Source: Promethearchaeota archaeon (GTDB lineage: Archaea > Asgardarchaeota > Lokiarchaeia > Sigyniarchaeales > SOKP01). From it: 64,000 bases of DNA. A program made the position numbers and the translations under genes. Each line of letters starts with the position of its first letter. The stretch's first letter is position 1. A model generated the notes under the pieces. It made no database searches. It was given only the letters and a program-made list of their open reading frames with translations, and was not told the DNA's origin. Shown here in pieces: positions 39,868-50,048 of this stretch. Where the stretch lies: assembly GCA_030599585.1 (NCBI GenBank), contig JAUVNS010000014.1, positions 1-64,000 of the forward strand, in the 5' to 3' direction.

Positions 39868-41595
39868 ATGAATGAAAATAAACGCTCAAAAAATTATGGG
39901 AATATCTCTATTGGTTTTCTACTACTTTTAACAGTTTTTATTGCATTATTGGCATGGATAACCTATGGTACATTCGAGGGTATAATTGGTGCTCTTGCAT
40001 TTACAATTGTTGGTTTGTTAAACATATTTCCATGGTTTATACCATTCGTAGGAATCCCATTAGGAATCTTAGACGCTCTTGGGATTTTTGGTTTTGGAAT
40101 GTATAATATAACTTTAAATCTTGCTCATTTGAGTTCTAGCTGGATGCCAATTGTATGGTTTTGGTTAGTAGGGATCCTTGGGAGTATTATAGATATAATA
40201 TTAATGTATTTCGTAATTTCAGGGTTAAAAAAATTAAAACATCGAAAAAAAGAACCTCGGTCGAATTATGCTCTTGTAAATTGCAACATTATCAATGGCT
40301 CGATTAATAATGCTGTAATCAAAAAGGGAGTAGTGCTCATCAAGAATATCGTAGGAGAGGGAGAAATTTCTGGTTTAATCAGCGCTGTAGGAAGTGAAGG
40401 AAAATTAGACATTCCAGACGATTACAAAATAATTGATTTAAAAGGTAAATACTTACTTCCTGGGCTAATTAACGCTCATTGTCACTTAATTGGAAGCGGT
40501 AAACCGATGAAAATAATGAATTTAGGCGATAAAACGCTCGAAAGGTTAGCAAAATTAATGGGAACTGCTTTGGGCAAAAAATTTCTCAGTAATATGATGA
40601 AAAGTAACGCATTTAATGCACTAAATGCTGGAGTGACAACTATGAGAACGATGGGTGACCCTTTCTACTTAGATTTAAAACTTAGAAACGAAATTAACAA
40701 AGGAAAGTTTTTAGGACCAAGGTTAGTTTGTGCTGGTATGGGCATCTGTATAACTGGGGGTCATGGGGGATTAATGGCGCATATAACCGATTCACCTACT
40801 GAGGTTAAAAAAGCGATTCGTAAAAACTTGAGATCAGAAGTAGATTTCATAAAAATTCTCTCAACAGGGGGCGTTATGGATTCGAGAAAGGTTGGAGAAG
40901 CTGGTAGGCCTCAGATGACCTTAGAAGAAATTGAGACTGCCTGTTTTGAAGCTCATCGCGGTGGTATCTTAGTTGCAACTCATTGTGAATCTACGCAGGG
41001 AATTGAAGAAGCACTATTAGGCGGAGTTGATAGCATAGAGCATGGCGCAGAGATTACAGACGATTTAGTGCCATTATTTAAGAATAATCCCAAAACACTT
41101 CGCGGGTTCACAACCCTAACTTCTACGATATCAGCAGGTATGGGGATGGCAGTGCTCTCTAAAGAAGAAACAAAAATTACTGGTGTGAAAAAAGAAAATG
41201 CAGTATTGGTTGAAAAAGGGATGATCAATGGACTTCAAAAGGCATATAAAGAGGGTATAAAATTAACAGTAGGTACAGATGCTTCAGTTCCTTACGCAAC
41301 ACATTATAATGTATGGAAGGAATTAAAGTATTTTATGAAATATACGGACATGACAGCTCAAGAAGCTATTCATTACGCTACTAAAGGTAATGCAGACAAT
41401 ATTGGAATAGGTGATGTTACCGGAAGTATTGAGGTTGGAAAATTTGCCGATATCCAAGTCGTCCAAGTCAATCCCTTAAAAAATATTGATTCATTAGGAA
41501 CTATCTCGATGGTTTTTATCAAAGGACATCAAATTAAGAATCCAAAAGTAAAAAAAGTGAAGAACTTAACTGATTTCGAACCAATTGAGGTATAA
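39868..41595 (+). CDS. Metal-dependent amidohydrolase (prolidase-like subgroup) with N-terminal TM domain
   Basis: PGLINAHCH, GVTT.R, TGGHG, IKILSTGG, SIEHG, GTDA; ATG 39868 preferred over 39787. Confidence 0.88.
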   Translation: MNENKRSKNYGNISIGFLLLLTVFIALLAWITYGTFEGIIGALAFTIVGLLNIFPWFIPFVGIPLGILDALGIFGFGMYNITLNLAHLSSSWMPIVWFWLVGILGSIIDIILMYFVISGLKKLKHRKKEPRSNYALVNCNIINGSINNAVIKKGVVLIKNIVGEGEISGLISAVGSEGKLDIPDDYKIIDLKGKYLLPGLINAHCHLIGSGKPMKIMNLGDKTLERLAKLMGTALGKKFLSNMMKSNAFNALNAGVTTMRTMGDPFYLDLKLRNEINKGKFLGPRLVCAGMGICITGGHGGLMAHITDSPTEVKKAIRKNLRSEVDFIKILSTGGVMDSRKVGEAGRPQMTLEEIETACFEAHRGGILVATHCESTQGIEEALLGGVDSIEHGAEITDDLVPLFKNNPKTLRGFTTLTSTISAGMGMAVLSKEETKITGVKKENAVLVEKGMINGLQKAYKEGIKLTVGTDASVPYATHYNVWKELKYFMKYTDMTAQEAIHYATKGNADNIGIGDVTGSIEVGKFADIQVVQVNPLKNIDSLGTISMVFIKGHQIKNPKVKKVKNLTDFEPIEV

Positions 41596-41611
41596 AATGT
41601 ATTTATTTTTA

Positions 41612-42499
41612 TTAAGAAGTTAATGTAATTTCATCTCCAGTAAAACCCCACGATTTTAGAATTTCTCCTGCTTCGTTCATCATTGTTTCGATTAATTCAT
41701 TAATGGAAAATGATTCTTTTTGATGCGCTATAGCTGCTGATAATACATTAGTGCTTTTTAACTCTCGATGGTATAATTTTCTATGATAATCTTCAGAAAG
41801 CACATTCATCTTCAACCATTTTTCTTTCACGTCTTTGGAAGCAGGACTTTCTTGAGTTGTAAGAATAGCTGATCCTAAACATACGCCTTCAGCACCCATG
41901 CCTAAAGCCCCCAAAAATCCTCTTGCGTCACCAATTCCGCCTGCGGCAATTATGGGGGTTTTCAATAATCGTTTCGCCAGAGTAATATTCATTAAAGTCG
42001 TATGCTGAAAAGGATTTTTAAATCCAGAAGCTTCCATTCCAATTAATGTAATAGCATTAGCCCCTGCTCTTCCTGCCGAAATTGCATGTCTTAGTAAAGC
42101 ACATTTATGAAACCAGAAACACCCTGCTTCTTTTATTCTTTTTCCAAGATGCGTTGCTTGATACGCTGAGGTAGTAAAAACTTTTATTCCTTCGTCAATA
42201 GCAATTTCCAGATACTTTAAGTAATCTTCTTTGGAAACATGACTAAGAGGATCAAATGTTCTTACTCCGGGTGGTAAGACAGTCAAATTAACGCCAAAAG
42301 GCTTATCCGTCAATTCTCTCATTTTTATAAGCTCTGATTTAAAATTGCTGATTTTATAATTTAAACCAGTAATAATCCCTAATCCTCCAGCGTTTGAAAA
42401 AGAAGCTGCAAATTCGGTTCGTCCTAAACCTGCAAATGCCGCCATAATTAAAGGGTATTTAGTACCCATCATTTTATTTATAGATGTGCTCCAAATCAA
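41612..42499 (-). CDS. Nitronate monooxygenase / FabK-like flavoprotein
   Basis: SNAGGLG, TDKPFGVN, IAAGGIGDARG, GAEGV. Confidence 0.88.
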   Translation of the reverse strand: MIWSTSINKMMGTKYPLIMAAFAGLGRTEFAASFSNAGGLGIITGLNYKISNFKSELIKMRELTDKPFGVNLTVLPPGVRTFDPLSHVSKEDYLKYLEIAIDEGIKVFTTSAYQATHLGKRIKEAGCFWFHKCALLRHAISAGRAGANAITLIGMEASGFKNPFQHTTLMNITLAKRLLKTPIIAAGGIGDARGFLGALGMGAEGVCLGSAILTTQESPASKDVKEKWLKMNVLSEDYHRKLYHRELKSTNVLSAAIAHQKESFSINELIETMMNEAGEILKSWGFTGDEITLTS

Positions 42500-42505
42500 T
42501 CCAAA

Positions 42506-43375
42506 TCACTCTTTAATTCCTAATATCGTAGAAGCATTTTGTCCCATAATCCTCTTTTTAAATCCTTCTGAAATGGGTAAATTTTTTGCAGCGGGTACTA
42601 TTTTATTCCAATGAACTAAGGGATGATCAGATCCAAAAAGGATCTTATGTTCAATATTATATTTTACATAAGCATCCCAAGGAAAATATTGATAAAGATC
42701 AGGATTGGCAGAAATATCTGCATACACATTTGGATGCCTCAATAATACAGAATATGTGTCCCAGAACCAAGGAACTCCCATGTGCCCAATTATAATAGTT
42801 AAATCTTCGTTTCGCATTGCCATTTCATCTATGAGCAGAGGATGACCGTATTTTGCTATAGCTCCTCCAGTGCTTACTTGATGTCCACCGTGCGTCCATA
42901 ATGGTAAATTATTATCAACCATTTTCCGCCATAGCGGATCGTATTTTTTATCTGAGATATCAAATTTCTGAGCTGGTGGGACAAGTTTAATGCCCTTTAA
43001 ATTCAAGGAAGAGATTGCATATTCTAGTTGTTCCATAGCGTCCGAAGCAGGGGGATCAATGCCTGCAAATCCAATTAGCCTATTAGGGTGTAATTTAACA
43101 AGATTTGCTACATCGTCGTTCGTAACAAGAGTTATGCCATACGCAGTCTTGATATTAAAACTTACAATAACAGATTTATCAATACCGAATTTATCCATTA
43201 AAACGATGTAATTATCAATTGAGATATTTTCTTTCAAGTATTTAAAAGCTCTGTACATGTATTTTTCTTTTTGAGCGTCCAACCCATACATAGCTTTACA
43301 GATTTTTTTCGGATCATCCCAACTAACTTCCTTACATAGAGGATGTACATGCATATCTATAATCAATCTTTTCAC
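42506..43375 (-). CDS. Amidohydrolase_2 family protein
   Basis: IDMHVH, GIKL.P, H.G, GHMG.PW, NVYADIS, LFGSDHP. Confidence 0.9.
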   Translation of the reverse strand: MKRLIIDMHVHPLCKEVSWDDPKKICKAMYGLDAQKEKYMYRAFKYLKENISIDNYIVLMDKFGIDKSVIVSFNIKTAYGITLVTNDDVANLVKLHPNRLIGFAGIDPPASDAMEQLEYAISSLNLKGIKLVPPAQKFDISDKKYDPLWRKMVDNNLPLWTHGGHQVSTGGAIAKYGHPLLIDEMAMRNEDLTIIIGHMGVPWFWDTYSVLLRHPNVYADISANPDLYQYFPWDAYVKYNIEHKILFGSDHPLVHWNKIVPAAKNLPISEGFKKRIMGQNASTILGIKE

Positions 43376-43500
43376 TCCACTCGATTAATCTCAAACTATT
43401 AGGTTAATTAAATTAAAATTTTTACATAAAGAAATAATCTATAGTTTTTTAAACTTTGATATAATATTTTTTTTATATTATTTGTAAGTTTGGGATTTTT

Positions 43501-43938
43501 ATGAACGATCTTGAAGCTCAAAAATTAGAAATTATGCGAGCATTAGCTACTTATCGAAATGGGAAGAATTACGACGTTTATATGATTCATTTTAAATGTG
43601 ACAATGTGTTTAGATTTACGGGTAATAAACCAACCTTTTATAAGGTGTTGGATTTACTTGTAAAGGAAGATTTAGTCCGAATTATCCCTTATGATGTTGA
43701 AACATGTCAGAGGGATGTTTATGAGTTGACAGAAAAAGCTAAAACAAAATATGGAATAGACGTATCTGATCGATCGTATCATATCCCACGGGAAAGAGAG
43801 CCAGAAAAATATGTTAATTCTGCTGGACAAATAGTAGGAACAAAAAAAGCTATGACTAAGGGAGAACTTTACGCAGTATTAGTAGGAATTTGCATAGTTA
43901 CCATGATGGCAATACCTGTGTTGATATTTCTCGCATGA
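43501..43938 (+). CDS. PadR-like winged-HTH protein with C-terminal TM helix
   Basis: KPTFYKVLDLLVKEDLV...RDVYELTEKA; tail LYAVLVGICIVTMMAIPVLIFLA. Confidence 0.7.
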   Translation: MNDLEAQKLEIMRALATYRNGKNYDVYMIHFKCDNVFRFTGNKPTFYKVLDLLVKEDLVRIIPYDVETCQRDVYELTEKAKTKYGIDVSDRSYHIPREREPEKYVNSAGQIVGTKKAMTKGELYAVLVGICIVTMMAIPVLIFLA

Positions 43939-44161
43939 TAGATAATTTTTACTAAATTCAAATTATAAGAGCTCATATGCTTCATTTTTAAGTGTTTAAC
44001 CTTCGATTGTTCTGAAATATATATAAGTTTCGCTCATTCAATTGTTATTTGAACGGTACCATTCAATTGAAGATTGATGTATGAGAAAAAAAAATGAAAT
44101 ATGAACACCGACTATCATAGTAATAACCTTTAATTTTAGTTGAATTGATAAGTTAGAAAAT

Positions 44162-45493
44162 TTATAAAAAATTATCCATCGTTCTCTGATTTTTAACGAA
44201 ATTAATAAGTTTACTACTTTGTTTCCAGTATTTGTAGCTTACCATGAACCCCTCTGCCATTTTTTTTGTTGAATCGTTAAAATTGTCAAGGATTAGAGGA
44301 TTTCCTTTCGCCATAGCATCTTTAATAGACTCTCTGATAACCCATACACCTAAGGGTACGATATAACCACCTTGTACTTCGCGAAAGATTAGAACTCTAG
44401 CTTGTCTACCAATTTTATATAAATACTCGCAAACCTCTTTTCGAGCCGCATAATAAGCACCAGTGATATTGCTCGCGTAATTCTTTCTGCCTTTGTAGAA
44501 CTCAAAATCGGTCATTATCTGAGGTTTTAAGCTACGATTATCTCCATCAAGAGAGATGTTCCATAAAGTATTAGGAGCCCATACCTCGTTCATCTCGTAA
44601 GTAAACTTGCCGGGAAAAAGTAGTATTTTAAAGTGATTATCTAGGTAAGTACTTTCAAATATACGATAATCGTTAATCTCAGGAAATTTTTTTATTTCTT
44701 TAATCAATGCTTTAGAGATAATATCATCGACTGCAGTTATACTCCATCGTGTGGGAACAATTCTACGCTTTGTTTTTTTACCCAATAACCCAGCTGAAAA
44801 AACTCTCTTAATTGTTGATTCTGGAACATGTCCTTTAAAGTAGAGATATTCTGACACCGCTTCAGTTGCATTTAAATCTGTATCGGAAACGACATAATCT
44901 ACTTTTGGGTGGATTTTAGTATTTTCTGTAATTCTTATCTTCTCAGTCGTTCCGGTAGGTCCCATAGGCAACGAGTGATTATCCATCATCATTCTAAGAC
45001 TCATTTTCTCCAACTTTGTTTCAGTATCTACAGGACGGGCTGCCATCGATAACTCCTGTGAGGTCTCCAGTAATCTTTGAATTTTTAAAGAAGGTGTGTT
45101 TTTACGACTCTTTTTTCCAATATTAACGTCGATTTTAAAATTATTACGCACTAAACTACTTCTATATTTGACGATTTCAAGTAAACTTTTGCCAAACCAC
45201 AATTCGGGAGCATCTAAAATGTGATAATCTGAAATGTTTAAGTCTATTTCGAATTCTTGAAAGGGAACTAGCGGACCGAGATATACTTTTGGATAATTAA
45301 AATGTCCAACGAAAAATCCAGGAGGGCTTGGTCCAGACAGTTCAACATTCCGAAGAGTTTTATCAAGCTCAAACGGAACTAAAGATTTCATAACAGACTT
45401 TTTTAATAAGATTGGGCATGTTTTTTTACCACATAGCAAACGTGAACCTTTACATCGCAAGCAGATATTTTTTTCTGTGGGAGGTCGAACCAA
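44162..45493 (-). CDS. nreA: Nre family archaeal DNA-repair protein
   Basis: CLRCKG..LLCG..CP, RIVPTRWSITAVD, GAYYAAR, PLGVW; C-terminal PIP box QRTMDNFL. Confidence 0.92.
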   Translation of the reverse strand: MVRPPTEKNICLRCKGSRLLCGKKTCPILLKKSVMKSLVPFELDKTLRNVELSGPSPPGFFVGHFNYPKVYLGPLVPFQEFEIDLNISDYHILDAPELWFGKSLLEIVKYRSSLVRNNFKIDVNIGKKSRKNTPSLKIQRLLETSQELSMAARPVDTETKLEKMSLRMMMDNHSLPMGPTGTTEKIRITENTKIHPKVDYVVSDTDLNATEAVSEYLYFKGHVPESTIKRVFSAGLLGKKTKRRIVPTRWSITAVDDIISKALIKEIKKFPEINDYRIFESTYLDNHFKILLFPGKFTYEMNEVWAPNTLWNISLDGDNRSLKPQIMTDFEFYKGRKNYASNITGAYYAARKEVCEYLYKIGRQARVLIFREVQGGYIVPLGVWVIRESIKDAMAKGNPLILDNFNDSTKKMAEGFMVSYKYWKQSSKLINFVKNQRTMDNFL

Positions 45494-45714
45494 TCTCGTG
45501 TCTCTTTAAAAATTATTATCTTTATTAGAAAATATCCTATTTATTATTAAAAAGGTAGACGAGTATAAATTTTTAATATTTATAAAAGAATTAGTATAAA
45601 TTTTTTATTGAGTGTACGTGTTGTTGATGTTCCATTTAAGATTTTTGGATGATTACTCAGTAAATATTCGAAGCGATAAAGCATAATTGGACGATGTATG
45701 CTGAGCATCAATTT

Positions 45715-45774
45715 ATATAGAATGCAATCTAATAAGAATAATATAGAATGCTGTCTAATTAGAGTTAGGTTTTG
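45715..45774 (+). repeat. 19-bp direct repeats (17/19, period 26) followed by a GTTRRRY core; attI-like site or tandem operator
   Basis: ATATAGAATGCAATCTAAT (45715-45733), ATATAGAATGCTGTCTAAT (45741-45759), GTTAGGT (45764-45770). Confidence 0.55.
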
Positions 45775-45796
45775 CAAAACTATTGGAGGAATACTT

Positions 45797-46768
45797 ATGA
45801 AAGCGATTGTATGGACAAAATACGGAGCTCCGGATGTTCTTCAGCTCCAAGAGATAGAAAAACCTACTCCCAAGGACAACGAAGTACTGATAAAAGTATT
45901 AGCGGCAACTGTAACCGCTGGGGATTGTGAAGTTCGAAGTTCCAAATTCCCTCTCTGGTTATGGATCATCATGCGATTATATATTGGTCTCAGAAAACCA
46001 AAAAGAATAACTATACTAGGGCAGGAGCTAGCCGGTAAAATTGAATCAGTAGGTAAAGATGTAACACTATTTAAGAAAGGTGACCAAATTTTTGCATCAC
46101 CATTTTTTGGTTCTTATGCTGAGTATATGTGTTTGCCTGAAGACGGGGTGTTGGCAATAAAACCGGCTAATATGACCTATGAGGAAGCCGCCACCGTTCC
46201 TACCGGGGGGTTTACTTCATTGCATTTTCTTAGAAAAGGAAATATCCAGAGCGGACAAAGGGTTTTGATTAACGGTGCAGGTGGAAGCATAGGTACTATT
46301 GGTGTACAGCTTGCCAAGTACTTTGGGGGTGAAGTGACTGCCGTGGATAGCACGATGAAATTGGACATGTTGCGCTCCATTGGTGCAGACAAGGTCATAG
46401 ATTACACTCAAGAAGATTTCACCAAAAACGGTGAGACCTATGATGTTATTTTTGACATAGTAGGTAAGAGTTCGTTTTCAGGTAGTATAAAATCACTAAA
46501 GAAAAAAGGATTTTATCTTATAGCTAACCCTACGCTGTCAAAGATGGTTCGAGGGAAATGGACTTCAATGATTAGCAGCAAGAAAGTAATAACTAAGATG
46601 GCAAAAGATAATATTGAAGATCTAAACTTTTTTAGAGAGCTTATTGAGGCGGGGAACCTAAAAACAGTCATAGATAGACGCTATCCGTTGGAACAAATTA
46701 TCGAGGCTCACAGCTATGTTGACACAGGGCAGAAAACGGGAAATGTAGTAATAACTTTTGGACTATAA
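45797..46768 (+). CDS. Zinc-free MDR-family NAD(P)-dependent oxidoreductase, copy 1
   Basis: [10 protein letters not shown] behind GGAGG; NGAGGSIG; GNVVIT. Confidence 0.93.
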   Translation: MKAIVWTKYGAPDVLQLQEIEKPTPKDNEVLIKVLAATVTAGDCEVRSSKFPLWLWIIMRLYIGLRKPKRITILGQELAGKIESVGKDVTLFKKGDQIFASPFFGSYAEYMCLPEDGVLAIKPANMTYEEAATVPTGGFTSLHFLRKGNIQSGQRVLINGAGGSIGTIGVQLAKYFGGEVTAVDSTMKLDMLRSIGADKVIDYTQEDFTKNGETYDVIFDIVGKSSFSGSIKSLKKKGFYLIANPTLSKMVRGKWTSMISSKKVITKMAKDNIEDLNFFRELIEAGNLKTVIDRRYPLEQIIEAHSYVDTGQKTGNVVITFGL

Positions 46769-46836
46769 TAACAAAATCTAACATTTTGGGACAATTTTTA
46801 AAAATTTGTATCAATCAAAAAAGGAAGGATAAATAA

Positions 46837-47814
46837 ATGAAAGCGATTGTATACACAAAATACGGATCACCGGATGTTCTTCAGCTCAAAGAGGTAGAAA
46901 AACCTACTCCGAAGGATAATGAAGTACTGGTAAAAATTCATGTAGCATCCTTAAATGCAGCTGACTTAGATTACATGAGAGGTAACGCCTTAATCCGCTT
47001 CGGAGGGCTTCGAAAGCCAAAATACAAGATACTCGGATCGGATGTAGCTGGACGGATTGAAGCAGTTGGCAAAAACGTAAAGCAATTTCAGCCGGGTGAT
47101 GAGATATTTGGGGACTCATTCGGTTGTGGTTTTGGCGCTTTTGCTGAGTGGGTATGTGTTCCTGAAAATAAATTAGCGCTGAAACCGGCCAGTATGACTT
47201 TCGAGGAAGTAGCGACATTACCCCAAGCAGGGTTACTCGCCCTGCAGGGTCTTCGCGATAAAAGACAGATTCAGCCGGGGCAAAAAGTTTTGATTAATGG
47301 TGCGGGTGGTGGTACGGGTTCTTTTGCTGTGCAGATTGCCAAATCATTCGGGGCTGAAGTGACTGGCGTGGACAGCAAGGCGAAATTGGATATGATGCGC
47401 TCAATAGGTGCTGACCATGTCATTGATTACACTCAAGAAGATTTCACTAAAAGTGGGCTGCGTTATGATCTGATTCTTGATGTTGTGGTATCTCGTTCGA
47501 TTTCTGATTATAAGCATGTTTTAAGTCCCAAGGGAATTCTTCGCATGGTCGGAGGTTCCATGGCTCGAGTTTTCAAAGCTGTGTTACTAGGACCGTTGAT
47601 TTCAAGGAGTAAGAAAATGAGTATTGTGGTGTGGAAATCAATGAAAAAAGAAGATTTGGTTTTTATGAAAGAGCTTTTTGAAGCCGGCAAAGTAGTACCT
47701 GTTATCGATAGGCGTTACCCGTTAAGTAAGGTTGCTGAAGCTCTCCGGTATCTTGAAGAAGGACACGTCCAAGGAAAAGTAGTCATAACTGTGGAAAATA
47801 ATAACATAGCCTAA
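46837..47814 (+). CDS. Zinc-free MDR-family oxidoreductase, copy 2
   Basis: MKAIVYTKYG; NGAGGGTG; GKVVIT; stop codon lies inside GCCTAAC. Confidence 0.93.
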   Translation: MKAIVYTKYGSPDVLQLKEVEKPTPKDNEVLVKIHVASLNAADLDYMRGNALIRFGGLRKPKYKILGSDVAGRIEAVGKNVKQFQPGDEIFGDSFGCGFGAFAEWVCVPENKLALKPASMTFEEVATLPQAGLLALQGLRDKRQIQPGQKVLINGAGGGTGSFAVQIAKSFGAEVTGVDSKAKLDMMRSIGADHVIDYTQEDFTKSGLRYDLILDVVVSRSISDYKHVLSPKGILRMVGGSMARVFKAVLLGPLISRSKKMSIVVWKSMKKEDLVFMKELFEAGKVVPVIDRRYPLSKVAEALRYLEEGHVQGKVVITVENNNIA

Positions 47815-47948
47815 CAAAGTAACTTTCCAGGACAATTTAAATAATAAAAAGAAATGGAAGAAAAAATGAAGACCATCGCATTAAGTTCTGAAGAGCAATA
47901 TAATGAATAATATTATTACCAAAAATAATTAATTATCATAGAAGTATT

Positions 47949-48833
47949 ATGGATGAAATTGACTTTATTATTCTTAAAAAACTAATAGAAAATTGTCGCG
48001 TGACATATAGAGAATTAGCGGAAATAATCGATATGTCCATAACAACAATTCATAAACGAATGAAAAGTCTTGTAGACGGTGGGATTATCAATGCTTTTAC
48101 TGCACGACCAAGCATAATAGCATTAAAAAGTCTGGTAGTTGTGATATTTGGCACTTCTAAAGCAAAATCATTGGAAGCTGTTAGTCAAGAGTTAGGGCAA
48201 CATGAGAGCATTATGGGTATTGGCATAGCGGGAGGAAAATTTCTCAGTATAGCTGCTTATTTAAGGAATATATCAGAACTTCAAGAATTTAGTAGTTATG
48301 TCTCAAATACGGGTCAGATCAGTGAGCCAATAATAGGAATAGTTAATGTACCTTACATGACAACACCAGAACCACTAACAACTATTGATTATAAAATTCT
48401 AAAGAGTTTGAATAGAGATGCAAGGAAAACGATAATAGATATTGCTGAAGATGTAGGAGTCTCTGCTAAAACTATTAGAAAACGATTAGGTCGAATGATT
48501 GAGAATAATCTAGCTGAATTTAGCATTGAATGGACACCTTTGTATAAAAATTGTTTTATAACAATTTTTCATCTATTTTTAAACGAAGGAACTAATATTA
48601 ATTCTACAATTCAGCATCTTAACGAGAAATACTCTCAGAATATTTCTTATTGCACTAGCTATAGTAATATTCCACACTTTATTTCAATGGACACATGGGG
48701 AAAAAATCCTCAAGACTTCCAGAAAATTCATGAAGAGCTGCAAACCGAAGGATTCAAAGATATCATTCCATATATAGTTCACTCAGTAAAGTATTTTGAT
48801 TGTTGGGTAGATCAATTACTTAGAACTAAATGA
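47949..48833 (+). CDS. Lrp/AsnC-type regulator with duplicated HTH-RAM units
   Basis: MDEIDFIILKKL..NCRVTYRELA and TTIDYKILKSLNRDARKT..DIA. Confidence 0.9.
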   Translation: MDEIDFIILKKLIENCRVTYRELAEIIDMSITTIHKRMKSLVDGGIINAFTARPSIIALKSLVVVIFGTSKAKSLEAVSQELGQHESIMGIGIAGGKFLSIAAYLRNISELQEFSSYVSNTGQISEPIIGIVNVPYMTTPEPLTTIDYKILKSLNRDARKTIIDIAEDVGVSAKTIRKRLGRMIENNLAEFSIEWTPLYKNCFITIFHLFLNEGTNINSTIQHLNEKYSQNISYCTSYSNIPHFISMDTWGKNPQDFQKIHEELQTEGFKDIIPYIVHSVKYFDCWVDQLLRTK

Positions 48834-49110
48834 AAGAATAGTTTTTTATATTCCAAAATTTAACCTAAATCACTAAAATTTTGATACTTTTAGTTCCCAA
48901 ATTTTACCTTAGAATAGAAAAATTTAGAGTTTTTTGAGATTTTAGATTGTTTTTAATCTTAAGATTTTATGATAAAATACCTTTTCCTTCAATTTAATGA
49001 CTATAAGCTTCCATAGTTAATTTTTTTAATTATTTAGTAAACATGGTTTTATTAGAGTTTTAATCGGTATTAAATTTAATAATAAAAAATATTTAAAAAG
49101 GTGATAAAAA

Positions 49111-50046
49111 GTGAAAGCAATGGTATATACAAAATACGGGGGTCCGGAGGTTTTTCATCTCAAGGAGGTAGAAAAACCTACTCCCAAGGAAAATGAAATA
49201 CTGGTAAAAGTATATGCGACAACAGTAAATGCAGCGGTGAAGAATAGTCGAAGAGGTATACACCCAGATTCCAAATTTTTTACTCTCGCGTTGCGATTAA
49301 TGATGGGTCTCAGAAAGCCAAGAAAACCTATACTAGGGTATGAGCTAGCCGGGGAAATTGAAGCAGTAGGCAAAGATGTAAAACTATTTAAGAAAGGGGA
49401 CCAAGTTTTTGGTAGTACCACCGGGTTGAAGAATGGTGCTTATGCTGAGTACGTATGTCTGCCAGAAGAATGGAAGCAAGGGATGGTGGCAATAAAACCG
49501 GTCAATATGACCTTTGAGGAGGCCGCTGCTGTTAGTACTGGAGCAACTACAGCGTTGTGCTTTCTTAGAAAAGGAAATATCCAGAGCGGACAAAAAGTTC
49601 TTATCTATGGAGCTTCTGGAAGTAATGGTACTTTTGCGGTACAGCTTGCCAAGTACTTTGGGGCAGAAGTTACCGGAGTATGCAGTACCACAAATTTAGA
49701 ATTAGTTAAATCTTTGGGAGCCGATAATGTAATTGACTACACCAAAGAGGATTTTGCAGAAAGAGGAGAGCTTTATGATCTCATTTTTGATGCCGTTGGA
49801 AAAAGCTCAGCTTCACATTGTAAGAAGGCATTAGCTCCGAACGGGAAATTCGTAACAGTTAAAAAAGGATACTTTAAGGAAACGAATGAGCTTTTAATTT
49901 TTCTAAGAGAGCTTATTGAGGAGGGAAAGCTAAAATCGGCCATAGATAGGAGCTATCCCTTGGAACAAATGGTCGAAGCTCATACCTACGTTGATAAAGG
50001 GCACAAAAAGGGAAATGTAGTAATTACAATAGAGGGCGTGGTATAA
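49111..50046 (+). CDS. Zinc-free MDR-family oxidoreductase, copy 3
   Basis: GTG start behind AGGTGA; YGASGSNG; [10 protein letters not shown]. Confidence 0.93.
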   Translation: MKAMVYTKYGGPEVFHLKEVEKPTPKENEILVKVYATTVNAAVKNSRRGIHPDSKFFTLALRLMMGLRKPRKPILGYELAGEIEAVGKDVKLFKKGDQVFGSTTGLKNGAYAEYVCLPEEWKQGMVAIKPVNMTFEEAAAVSTGATTALCFLRKGNIQSGQKVLIYGASGSNGTFAVQLAKYFGAEVTGVCSTTNLELVKSLGADNVIDYTKEDFAERGELYDLIFDAVGKSSASHCKKALAPNGKFVTVKKGYFKETNELLIFLRELIEEGKLKSAIDRSYPLEQMVEAHTYVDKGHKKGNVVITIEGVV

Positions 50047-50048
50047 GT

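Noticed and set aside
45500-45714. Remnant of an integron integrase next to the attI-like site
   Set aside because: No tyrosine-recombinase motifs (RHS, LGH, YTHV, SPLD) recognised by eye
46776-46836. Intact attC hairpins after MDR copies 1 and 2
   Set aside because: RYYTAAC is present but no matching downstream GTTRRRY or L-box pairing; reported only as relics
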